From Nemertoderma westbladi (lineage: Eukaryota; Animalia; Xenacoelomorpha), in contig JAUCBJ010005000.1 of the NCBI GenBank assembly GCA_032718475.1, positions 1-50,131 on the forward strand: 50,131 nt of DNA. The letters run 5' to 3'. The position numbers and the translations under genes are program-made. This document shows positions 24,001 through 34,174 of this stretch, piece after piece. The number at the start of each line of letters is the position of its first letter. Position 1 is the stretch's first letter. The notes beneath the pieces were generated by a model. The model was not told the DNA's origin, did no database searches, and worked only from the letters and a program-made list of their open reading frames with translations.

Positions 24001-26975
24001 TCCTTCCGTCCTACTTCAATGCCTTCATTCCTTCCTACTTCCTTTCCTTCCGTCCTACTTCAATGCCTTCCTTCCTTCCTACTTTCATTTCCTTCCTTCC
24101 TACTTTCCTTTCCTTCCTTCCTACTTGAATGCCTTCATTCCTTCCTACTTCCCTTTCCTTCCATCCTACTTCAATGCCTTCCTTCCTTCCTACTTCCCTT
24201 TCCTTCCATCCTACTTCAATGCCTTCATTCCTTCCTACTTCCTTTCCTTCCGTCCTACTTCAATGCCTTCATACCTTCCTACTTTCCTTTCCTTCCGTCC
24301 TACTTTAATACCTTCATTCCTTCCTACTTTCCTTTCCTTCCTTCCTACTTGAATGCCTTCATTCCTTCCTACTTCCCTTTCCTTCCGTCCTACTTCAATA
24401 CCTTCATTCCTTCCTACTTCCCTTTCCTTCCGTCCTAATTCAATGCCTTCATTCCTTCCTACTTCCTTTCCTTCCGTCCTACTTCAATGCCTTCCTTCCT
24501 TCCTACTTTCTTTTCCTTCCTTCCTACTTTCCTTTCCTTCCGTCCTACTTTAATACCTTCATTCCTTCCTACTTCCCTTTCCTTCCATCCTACTTCAATG
24601 CCTTCATTCCTTCCTACTTCCCTTTCCTTCCGTCCTACTTCAATGCCTTCATTCCTTCCTACTTCCTTTCCTTCCGTCCTACTTCAATGCCTTCCTTCCT
24701 TCCTACTTTCATTTCCTTCCTTCCTACTTTCCTTTCCTTCATTCCTACTTGAATGCCTTCATTCCTTCCTACTTCCCTTTCCTTCCATCCAACTTCAATG
24801 CCTTCCTTCCTTCCTACTTCCCTTTCCTTCCATCCTACTTCAATGCCTTCATTCCTTCCTACTTCCTTTCCTTCCGTCCTACTTCAATGCCTTCATACCT
24901 TCCTACTTTCCTTTCCTTCCGTCCTACTTTAATACCTTCATTCCTTCCTACTTTCCTTTCCTTCCTTCCTACTTGAATGCCTTCATTCCTTCCTACTTCC
25001 CTTTCCTTCCGTCCTACTTCAATACCTTCATTCCTTCCTACTTCCCTTTCCTTCCGTCCTAATTCAATGCCTTCATTCCTTCCTACTTCCTTTCCTTCCG
25101 TCCTACTTCAATGCCTTCCTTCCTTCCTACTTTCTTTTCCTTCCTTCCTACTTTCCTTTCCTTCCGTCCTACTTTAATACCTTCATACCTTCCTACTTTC
25201 CTTTCCTTCCGTCCTACTTTAATGCCTTCATACCTTCCTACTTTCCTTTCCTTCCGTCCTACTTTAATACCTTCATTCCTTCCTACTTTCCTTTCCTTCC
25301 TTCCTACTTGAATGCCTTCATTCCTTCCTACTTCCCTTTCCTTCCGTCCTACTTCAATGCCGTCATTCCTTTCTACTTTCCTTTCCTTCCGTCCTACTTC
25401 AATGCCTTCATACCTTCCTACTTTCCTTTCCTTCCGTCCTACTTTAATACCTTCATTCCTTCCTACTTTCCTTTCCTTCCTTCCTACTTGAATGCCTTCA
25501 TTCCTTCCTACTTCCCTTTCCTTCCGTCCTACTTCAATACCTTCATTCCTTCCTACTTCCCTTTCCTTCCGTCCTAATTCAATGCCTTCATTCCTTCCTA
25601 CTTCCTTTCCTTCCGTCCTACTTCAATGCCTTCCTTCCTTCCTACTTTCTTTTCCTTCCTTCCTACTTTCCTTTCCTTCCGTCCTACTTTAATACCTTCA
25701 TACCTTCCTACTTTCCTTTCCTTCCGTCCTACTTTAATGCCTTCATACCTTCCTACTTTCCTTTCCTTCCGTCCTACTTTAATACCTTCATTCCTTCCTA
25801 CTTTCCTTTCCTTCCTTCCTACTTGAATGCCTTCATTCCTTCCTACTTTCATTTCCTTCCTTCCTACTTCCCTTTCCTTCCGTCCTACTTCAATGCCGTC
25901 ATTCCTTTCTACTTTCCTTTCCTTCCGTCCTACTTCAATGTCTTCATTCCTTCCTACTTTCCTTTCCTTCCATCCTAATTTCATACCTTCCTTTCTTCCT
26001 ACTTTCATTTCCTTCCTTCCTACTTCCCTTTCCTTCCGTCCTACTTCAATGCCGTCATTCCTTTCTACTTCCCTTTCCTTCCGTCCTAATTCAATGCCTT
26101 CATTCCTTCCTACTTCCTTTCCTTCCGTCCTACTTCAATGCCTTCCTTCCTTCCTACTTTCTTTTCCTTCCTTCCTACTTTCCTTTCCTTCCGTCCTACT
26201 TTAATACCTTCATACCTTCCTACTTTCCTTTCCTTCCGTCCTACTTTAATGCCTTCATACCTTCCTACTTTCCTTTCCTTCCGTCCTACTTTAATGCCTC
26301 CATTCCTTCCTACTTCCCTTTCCTTCCGTCCTACTTTAATACCTTCATACCTTCCTACTTTCCTTTCCTTCCGTCCTACTTTAATGCCTTCATACCTTCC
26401 TACTTTCCTTTCCTTCCGTCCTACTTTAATACCTTCATTCCTTCCTACTTTCCTTTCCTTCCTTCCTACTTGAATGCCTTCATTCCTTCCTACTTTCATT
26501 TCCTTCCTTCCTACTTCCCTTTCCTTCCGTCCTACTTTAATACCTTCATACCTTCCTACTTTCCTTTCCTTCCGTCCTACTTTAATGCCTTCATACCTTC
26601 CTACTTTCCTTTCCTTCCGTCCTACTTTAATGCCTTCATACCTTCCTACTTTCCTTTCCTTCCGTCCTACTTTAATGCCTTCATACCTTCCTACTTTCCT
26701 TTCCTTCCGTCCTACTTTAATACCTTCATACCTTCCTACTTTCCTTTCCTTCCGTCCTACTTTAATGCCTTCATACCTTCCTACTTTCCTTTCCTTCCGT
26801 CCTACTTTAATGCCTTCATTCCTTCCTACTTTCCTTTCCTTCCGTCCTACTTTAATACCTTCATTCCTTCCTACTTTCCTTTCCTTCCGTCCTACTTCAA
26901 TGCCGTCATTCCTTCCTACTTTCCTTTCCTTCCATCCTACTTTCATACCTTCCTTCCTTCCTACTTTCCTTTCCT
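1..26975. repeat. Tandem satellite array, 45-bp monomer AATGCCTTCATTCCTTCCTACTTCCCTTTCCTTCCGTCCTACTTT, with 44-bp variants and extra 20/21-bp sub-units
   Basis: Read directly: uninterrupted head-to-tail copies from base 1. The monomer is a 24-bp plus a 21-bp related sub-repeat, each ending TCCTACTTN. 38 of 45 consensus bases are pyrimidines on the + strand. The array is open at the left edge. Confidence 0.99.
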
Positions 26976-27075
26976 TCCTCCCTTCCTTTCCTTCCTTCAT
27001 TCCTTCCTTCCATCCCATCCTTCTATCCCATCCTTCCATCCCATCCTTCAATTCCATCCATCCCTCCCATCCAAT
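26976..27075. repeat. Degenerate (CCTT)n to (CCAT)n microsatellite forming the right border of the satellite
   Basis: ccttcctcccttcctttccttccttcattccttccttcc followed by about three copies of a ccatcccatcctt-like 13-mer, then unique AT-rich DNA. Confidence 0.9.
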
Positions 27076-27348
27076 CTAACAAATGCATCTCTGATTCTTT
27101 GTCACTGATTTTTTTAGAATCTGTTTTAAAAAAGTGAGATAATTATTATTAAGATTATCATGATTATCTTGTAATGATTCATTCATACAAATAGGAATTC
27201 AGTTATTCAAATAATATCGCCAAAATGGCTCTGTTAATTGAAAGAAAGGTTAAAACTTCTTGTAAAACGTTAACCAATCAATAATTTCCAATGGTGTGAT
27301 CTCCCTTTGCCCGATAAACGTACTCCCTTCCTACTGATGTATCTACAA

Positions 27349-27375
27349 CCCCCCCCCCCCCCCCCCCCCCCCCCC
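27349..27375. repeat. Poly(C) tract (27 C)
   Basis: Counted directly; the exact length may be affected by homopolymer sequencing error. Confidence 0.9.
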
Positions 27376-29653
27376 TCCCTTCCCCTCTCGGCTTCACCCA
27401 ATAAAGTTTGACATTGCTCTTGGCCGTGCAACCAGGTAGGTATAATCAGCCACTAAATATTCCTAACGTCATAAAGGCTTGCCAAATTACCATAACAACT
27501 GCAAGTAGATTGGTTGACATTTAATTCACCTAAATTTGAATTTTGGAGGGATATATTTGATTCAAGTTAGCACATTTCTTTTATATAAGTAAGAATACAA
27601 TAAGATGAACACCGCCAGTTCTGTTGTGTTTCTTCATAAGTTTTATTGTAGCAGTTCAGCAGTTGCTGGTAGTTTAGAATTTTTATACATTGGTTTCTAT
27701 TATATATATATATATCTATGCAACCTAATTAATTATGCCGTATCACGTTTTTGTTGATGAGAATTTAGCCGGAGTTGCCAGACAGCCAGAAAGCTGGGAA
27801 CACAGAAGACAGAACATAATAACGGTAGTTTGCCTTGCTGTGTCGCATTCTGGTATTCCGGGCTGCGGCCAGTAGGCCTACTCTGTTCTGCTGAACTTCA
27901 ACATTCTGACATTTTGACTACGCTTGACGGTACCGGTAGCAGAAGGCATAGTTCGCCTGTGGCGTTGTGGGCAGTCCACTCCACAGTCAGTAAGTACAGA
28001 AGTAAGTAGGCCTACCACAAGTACGGTACCGCTAATGTCAGACTACAGCTGTAGCATTGCGGCATAAAATTATCAGATTGTTAACAGTTTAAGTCTACCT
28101 ACCAACTGACCAACCTCTGAACCTAGCCTACTGCATAATGACCTATGCACAGTACAGCAGTATGCACATGCAGGCTATCTGGCTATGCTGTCTGGCTGTT
28201 CAGCTGTTGATTGCTTCTGCTTGACTTGACTGGTGACTGTCGACTGTCGCTGTCCCCACCCACCGACGCCTACGTTGGTACAATTGCCAATTAGCAATTC
28301 AGGAATTGCTATTCCTGGCTGCCTGGTGTTTTATTTGTTATTGCTGAGACTGTTTGTTAGCCACTATGCTGCTATGTGACTTGACTAGCCTATGCTGCTA
28401 TGGCTCTATGGCCACTGGAGAATGGACCAGCAGACTGGACTGGCAACTGACAGAATGGCAGAATGGTCTATCAGTCTATGGCTGTATGGTCTGGTCTAAC
28501 AGCCTGACAGCTGCTACTGTCAGACTGCTACCCCGTCACTGCCGTCAGTACTCGGTATGTTTTCTAATGAACTACGCCTATCTGCCTATGAAATATGTGT
28601 ATACTGATTACTGTTACTGAATAACTGATTCTGTGATCTGCTGATACAGTGATACAAAGAATCTTCAAACGTATAGCAGTATTGCCCTATCGCTTTTGCA
28701 TGTACATGATGTACCGTTACCGTACCGTATGCCGTAGCAGCGTAGTCCAGTAGTCCATAGTCCGTAGTATAGTAGTAACTCATTAGTACCGGTAGGCCCC
28801 TATATTAGAATAGGCCTACTACCTACGTACAATACAACTACTGCCAGACTGTACTATCGGCAGATAGGCAAGATAGGCCTAAAACCTCATGCAATTCAGC
28901 AACATGCCTCTTCCTAACGTACCCTGCTAGAGCAGTAGAGGACAGAATAGGTAGTAATGCAAGTCCGTGAAGAAACATGGTGAGTACCTACTACCGGTCG
29001 GTCAGTCGGTATCACTAACAGTAGTAGTCTGTTATGAATAGTCTGATAGTGATTTTCGATCTATTCGAATTCGAAAAGGCGTATACCTGTATAGAGCTAT
29101 ACCTATCATATCATGGTTTTTGTATAATATCTGAATTGGTATATATCAATTGAAAGCGAACATTCTTCAATCTTGTGGGTCTTTTGAAGATAAGGGTGCG
29201 CGGCCGTGGGAGGGGGGTGGGGGGGGGGGGGGGGCGGCTTTCGACGCAATCAAAATTCATTCCTCTCCAGGGGAAAATCGACGAAAAAAAACAGCTGATG
29301 ACTCCCCAAAATATAACCTTAAACCAGTAAACTGTGCTATTGACTTTAGTCTAATGTTTTGGTTATAATAACGTACCACTGTAACCTGCTTCTTTCCCTA
29401 AATTGAGAATTTAACATTGAGGCGGGATCTGAGCACCCGAATTGGCCTGGCTGAGCGTCCAGTCCCCCACCCGCTGTCTCTCGCAAACAGCATTTTATAA
29501 TTCAATAATTTAATTATTTGTAGTGGCAAAAGACGCACAAAACATTTCTATTGATGTAAACCAGTTGCGAAATGATTGAGATTTAATGTATTTGAATGGA
29601 TCGAAAATCTCTCGCCATAGAAATAATTAATAAAAGTTAAATTTAATGCAGTA

Positions 29654-29782
29654 ATGGCAGCACCGACTTGTCGATATTCAAATTTAGCTTCACGCACTTA
29701 CTTGAAACCACAACATCGACTCTTTCCTCGCGTTTTAACAAACAAAAAACAACAACCCAGTTCCGCCACTCGATTTATTAAT
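29654..29782 (+). CDS. Probable first coding exon of an unknown gene; mitochondrial-presequence-like peptide MAAPTCRYSNLASRTYLKPQHRLFPRVLTNKKQQPSSATRFIN
   Basis: ATG in gtaATGG context. The 43 codons are rich in R/K/S/T with no D or E. Phase-0 donor AAT|GTACGG at 29783 is frame-compatible with the next exon. Confidence 0.55.
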
Positions 29783-30024
29783 GTACGGCATCGTGTTACT
29801 TCAAATGTTTATTTTAGCTCACCAATATTTCTGCTCACCAACTCTAATAATATTTTAGCAAGAAGTGTGTTTCTCGCTCCCTCCCATATTGCATATATTT
29901 GGTCACTTTCTCAGCATTCACCTACCGACACCAGCATAAACTGTTCACTAATGCTTTGATATTTATTATTCAAAATTGTTATTACTACCTATAATGTAAA
30001 AGGCACCTCTTTTGTTTATTTCAG

Positions 30025-30198
30025 GCTGCAATGGGGCCCCCAACCAATGTACGCATTCCAAACTACAAGTTCAAGCCGGAACAACAGATTATATTTAAGG
30101 ACAAACCCAGTTTCGATTCGTTAATGCGTAAAGATCACCGCCATCTGAAGTCGGCCACCTTCGCAGAAGATTTCAATGTGGTGGATTCCGAGATTGAG
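30025..30198 (+). CDS. Probable second coding exon (58 codons, AAMGPPTNVRIPNYKFKPEQQ...FNVVDSEIE)
   Basis: Strong acceptor cttttgtttatttcAG (AG 30023-30024), open frame with higher GC than the flanks, donor GAG|GTTCGT at 30199. Length 174 nt, phase 0 at both ends. Confidence 0.65.
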
Positions 30199-30795
30199 GT
30201 TCGTTTTGTGTTTGTGTTTAATCAACTGACATAATGAATATTGGATGTAGTTAGTGTTACTTACAGTGACAATAGTAATTATTAATAAGGTATACAGCGA
30301 TTCCTGGTCATAGACTAAATAACAGTATTCTAAGTAGTACCTTCTGTACTGAATTCCTGTATCTACTACTACGTGTATTATGTCGGTTAACCGCTAAGGT
30401 CGATATATAGGATATTATTCTAGCGAAGTGACTTTTTAAAAAATGTGAATATTTTTGGACCTCATGAGTATGCAAAAGGTAAAAAAATATATATTATCGG
30501 TAAAACTACTACGTTGGTATTGTAACCATCTGTATACTCGTAATCTCTCAAGTAATTATCCAGTAATCGAAGCCATTTGTATACCGCACCTACAAAGATG
30601 ATATAGATAAAAATGCAGCCATATGAATATTTAATAAATGATTAATTTAATGAACGGTGCAGGTAATAAAGGACGGTTATTCGGGAATTGGGGAAACTAT
30701 AAAGGAAATATTTTTGCGGGTTAATATTTATTGTTATTACATATATCATAAATATATATTATTCTAACATTATATTATTCTCACATTATAAATAT

Positions 30796-30928
30796 GTGGG
30801 CCTCGAGTAAAAACCGTCTATATCGAGTTTCAGGCATTATGAGATATATGCCTATTAAGTGAAGACTGCTCTAATTACAAAACCGTCTATGTCCAGATGG
30901 ATATAGACGGTTTTTACTATAGAGCCAC
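30796..30928. mobile_element. Small MITE-like inverted-repeat element
   Basis: Perfect 19-bp inverted repeat AGTAAAAACCGTCTATATC (30806-30824) / GATATAGACGGTTTTTACT (30900-30918), extending imperfectly to GTGG...CCAC. A third partial copy lies at 30879-30894. Confidence 0.6.
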
Positions 30929-31180
30929 GAACAGTGCATTAAATGAAACGTGCAGTGCAATACATAAATAGGTATATAAATAAATAAATTAATTACACTT
31001 TATAGTTATATAAGTATAACTATATACAGATAGATATATTGATACCCGACGTCGGTATCGACTATACATATATTCCAGTATGATACTACTACATTATAGG
31101 TTTCTACACAGGCTTAGTATAAATCGATGAAGTCGCCAAGTAGTACCGGTACAGAATGTCGTATGCTTATCATGTATGGT

Positions 31181-31993
31181 TTAATGTGGGGCGAGCGACG
31201 AAAGTAAGCGAGCTTAGCATACAGGTACCACTAACTCAATCGGTGTGTCTGTTGCTCTGTCGATCTGTTGTTCTGTTGTGGGGCGAGCGACGAAAGTAAG
31301 CGAGCTTAGCATACAGGTACCACTAACTCAATCGGTGTGTCTGTTGTGGGGCGAGCGACGAAAGTAAGCGAGCTTAGCATACAGGTACCACTAACTCAAT
31401 CGGTGTGTCTGTTGATCTGTCGATCTGTTGTTCTGTCGTGTCCAATTTTAAACGTTAATAACTCAGTCAAATGTTAATGAAATTTAACCAAACTTGTTAC
31501 ACATGTTGTCTGTCAAAAGTTTAGAAATTTTCCAAGTTGAATTTTCGCGTGGCCTTCGAGAAGCTAAGATAATAGCAGTTAATTAGTTAATTAAGTTGAT
31601 TAGGGTAACAACATCAATTTGAACCTGCCTCCTTAAAGGATATTGATTATTTTACAGTATAAGATTTAAATAATTATACTTAAAAGTTATACAGCGCAAC
31701 GAGGCACATAATGAAGACGAGTACTGTGTAGACTATATTCCTATTAACCATACCTGGCCGCGCCTATTTAAGGCATCGGTAGTTATAAAGAAGGGTGGGG
31801 GGGGGGGGGGGGCAGATTAAAAGGGGTGAACACGTACTGTCCCCCTTTCTTTGATTGATTGGTGGTTGGGTATATTTCTCAAAACCTGATTTTGTGATAA
31901 AGTCGCTCAATTTTAATCTGTATCTGATAACTGGGCCTCGTCCTGCGCGATGGCCCCACGAACGTGTATTTGCACGTGTACCATCCCTTTGTT
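31181..31993 (+). mobile_element. Non-autonomous Helentron-associated (DINE-1/HINE-like) element
   Basis: Subterminal inverted repeats GTGGGGCGAGCG (31186-31197) and CGATGGCCCCAC (31948-31959, 10/12 match). TCTGT-type microsatellite near the 5' end, 3' stem-loop ACGTG-tatttg-CACGT (31962-31977), T-rich flanks. This layout matches DINE-1/HINE elements. Boundaries approximate. Confidence 0.6.
31185..31440 (+). repeat. Three tandem copies of a ~68-bp block (starts 31185, 31277, 31345)
   Basis: TGTGGGGCGAGCGACGAAAGTAAGCGAGCTTAGCATACAGGTACCACTAACTCAATCGGTGTGTCTGT occurs three times identically, with periods of 92 and 68 bp. Confidence 0.97.
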
Positions 31994-32329
31994 ACGTTCT
32001 AAAAAATATTTTAGTCGACTTTCACGAATTATGTATTCTAAATAAATAGATTTGTATCAATTCTCGAAATTACTTTATCATATTACTAGGCCTAAGTATA
32101 ACCTCTCGGTTACTATTACTAAATTAATAACTAATATTGTATAACTAATATAATAACTTTGAGTTATTGTATAATTATAGTCTTGGGTTAAAAACATGAA
32201 GTGTCAAAACAGTTCAGTTAGTTAGTTATATTTACTTTCAGTAAGCCTAATGTATTGAATGTTGTTAAACACGTTGAGGGGGTTGGCTTGTAACTTTGTG
32301 TAAATCCTACTCCCGTCAGTCCGTCAGTA

Positions 32330-33286
32330 TTAGGGGCATCCATGATAGATAGTATTGCATAGGAATCCTAGAAAGGAACTGGTATCGATTTGATTAGAAA
32401 ATATGAACCGAAATATGAAACGAACAACACCCTCTCCGAAAACTCGTGTTGTGAACGGCGGCGTAGTTAACTTTAGGACACTTCTTGTGTCTGATCCTTC
32501 CATATATCCAGTGGTTAACGTTTGATATTTACTAAGTGTCAATAGAGGACCTTTTTCAATATTATATATCTGCCAGCATGCAACCGTTTTATTCGTAAGG
32601 TTTATAGTGATCGCGTAATCCTTAACCGAACTAAATTGGACTAGAACAGTGGGCTCTCTTACTTCGACATTTAGTTGCTTTAATATGACTTTTGTAGGTT
32701 GACAACCTAAATTAGCTTTCGGAACTATTGATACTGCATTTGCCCTTTTATTTTTCTTTGTACAAACTGCTTCATAAAACTCATCGGCTTCCGCTACATT
32801 CTTGAAGAAAACTTCACACTCTCTATCACCGCCCTTATTTTTTAGTAAAATTGACGTCATAGGCCCATAGTCATCGTCCATAACAGAAGACTTCTTGGAA
32901 CATTTAGGACTTATCCGGAAATTATTAAAATATTTTTTACATATTTTCTTATATGTAAGCAATTTTGTTTCGGAATAAAATGAAATAATAATCGATTCTT
33001 TAATTTGACAATTGGCAAAACGATCTTCATCCCACGTACTAACGTATACTGTATTTACGAGTGGTGTTTCATCCCTATCGTATCGTTCTACCCTTCGTTC
33101 AATAGTTGTAAGTCCAGGAATAAAAAATGCAATCGAACCAGATCGGATTCCAGGAATCTGACTCACATCGGTTGTTGGTTGGAGTATAGGAGCCCGAACG
33201 AAAGTGGTTGTTCTTTGGAGTCCAACAGCAGATGGATGCTGTTGGCGACTTGGGATTACAGGAAGATTCCCCGCTCCTAAAAAATC
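32330..33286 (-). CDS. Probable terminal coding exon (318 aa plus stop) of an unknown protein with a possible PH-like domain
   Basis: The track ORF (278 aa, GTG start) stays open for 40 more codons up to an acceptor aattacAG|GAT TTT TTA at 33287/33286. A 957-nt stop-free frame in AT-rich DNA. The motif VFFKNVAEADEFYEAV resembles the last strand and helix of PH-fold (RanBD/EVH1-like) domains; this is recognition by eye only. Confidence 0.7.
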   Translation of the reverse strand, partial: DFLGAGNLPVIPSRQQHPSAVGLQRTTTFVRAPILQPTTDVSQIPGIRSGSIAFFIPGLTTIERRVERYDRDETPLVNTVYVSTWDEDRFANCQIKESIIISFYSETKLLTYKKICKKYFNNFRISPKCSKKSSVMDDDYGPMTSILLKNKGGDRECEVFFKNVAEADEFYEAVCTKKNKRANAVSIVPKANLGCQPTKVILKQLNVEVREPTVLVQFSSVKDYAITINLTNKTVACWQIYNIEKGPLLTLSKYQTLTTGYMEGSDTRSVLKLTTPPFTTRVFGEGVVRFIFRFIFSNQIDTSSFLGFLCNTIYHGCP

Positions 33287-33619
33287 CTGTAATTAATTTA
33301 ATGCATTAATTTAAACATAATCGCAAAAACAATGACAAAAACATACAAAAATATTGGCTAGAGTTCCGTATAGCACTACATTTTTAAAACATATATCATT
33401 GTTACTATTGCAACCTTTTAAGAATTCTAGAACAATAGAGAATAATTATATACTATTCTAGAAAATAAATAAAATAAAAAATATAATGATAGACAACATG
33501 TAGCTAGTTTTTTTTTTAATTTAAAATAGCTCGTAAATGAAAAGAAAATTATTTTTGAATAAATTTATGAATACATTTAAATTAATATTGATTATAGAGT
33601 TTTTGTTTACCGATGTCAC

Positions 33620-33742
33620 CAGGGCCCCGAGAGGAGGGGGGTGTGGAGCAAAATCCCCGGGCCCGGGCGGTGCGGTGCCCAGGGGGGGCCGGAGCGGGCC
33701 CCAAGGAAATTTTATAAATGTAGACTAGGTAAACCATCACAT
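33620..33742 (+). mobile_element. GC-rich probable DNA-transposon terminus (CAGGGCCCC..., hAT/MITE-like), cut by the LTR that follows
   Basis: Abrupt GC-rich island starting CAGGGCCCCGAGAGG with repeated GGGCCC motifs inside AT-rich DNA. No matching opposite end was found. Confidence 0.35.
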
Positions 33743-34174
33743 TGTTATTTGGAGCCCTTCCTGGTGATCAAAATGATACAAGTTCGCAAATATTCATTCC
33801 AGAACATGAAAATAATTTAACAAGAATTGGTGAAGCAATTCATTGTGAAGGTGAGTTGATTCTATCTATTGGTTGTCTGGTTTGTTAGTGAATGATCTCA
33901 AACCAATAAACGATATAATTAGTAGCGTAATAGCCGTGGATGTAACACTGGCAAAAGGAGTATGTGGTAGAGTGGTGTGATTAATAAAAGCTGTGAAGTG
34001 AGGTATGAATACAGAGTGGGACCAAACTAGATAGTGCGTATCGATAAATCAAACAATGGTGCAATGAAAGTACAGTAGGAATTGCAATACAGTAAGGACA
34101 ATGTATCCGATTATTTGTAACAATGAAAGGGGACTATTAACCAACAAGTACTCACGGCTGAGAGGTGACTAACA
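33743..34174 (+). mobile_element. Putative 5' LTR (432 bp) of a BEL/Pao retrotransposon
   Basis: Starts TGTTA and ends TAACA (5-bp terminal inverted repeat), contains AATAAA at 33905, is followed by a PBS-like TTTTGG, and lies upstream of a BEL gag remnant. No second LTR in the window. Confidence 0.55.

Noticed and set aside
1-26975. CRISPR array
   Set aside because: No unique spacers, no cas genes, and the context is eukaryotic.
1-27108. Dozens of track ORFs (MPSFLPT..., NAFIPSYF..., KVGRKER...) as protein-coding genes
   Set aside because: They are translations of the satellite. Skewed composition removes stop codons and recurrent 44-bp units shift the frame. Kept only as a hypothesis under findings.
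28354-29368. Short ORFs 28354-28620, 28586-28783 and 29150-29368
   Set aside because: Low-complexity or poly(G)-derived, with no recognisable motifs or supporting splice structure.
29372-29495. GC-rich patch as an ncRNA or first exon of a divergent minus-strand gene
   Set aside because: The nearest ATG frame stops after 31 codons, and no tRNA or snRNA hallmark was recognised. A donor-like GTACGT exists but is not enough support.
31185-31440. Mini CRISPR-like repeat-spacer pattern
   Set aside because: The intervening sequence is microsatellite, not unique spacers; better explained as a tandem duplication within a transposon end.
33005-33280. + strand 91-aa ORF and other short antisense ORFs over the Gypsy, BEL and RTE regions
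   Set aside because: Shadow frames of the minus-strand exon or of transposon coding sequence.
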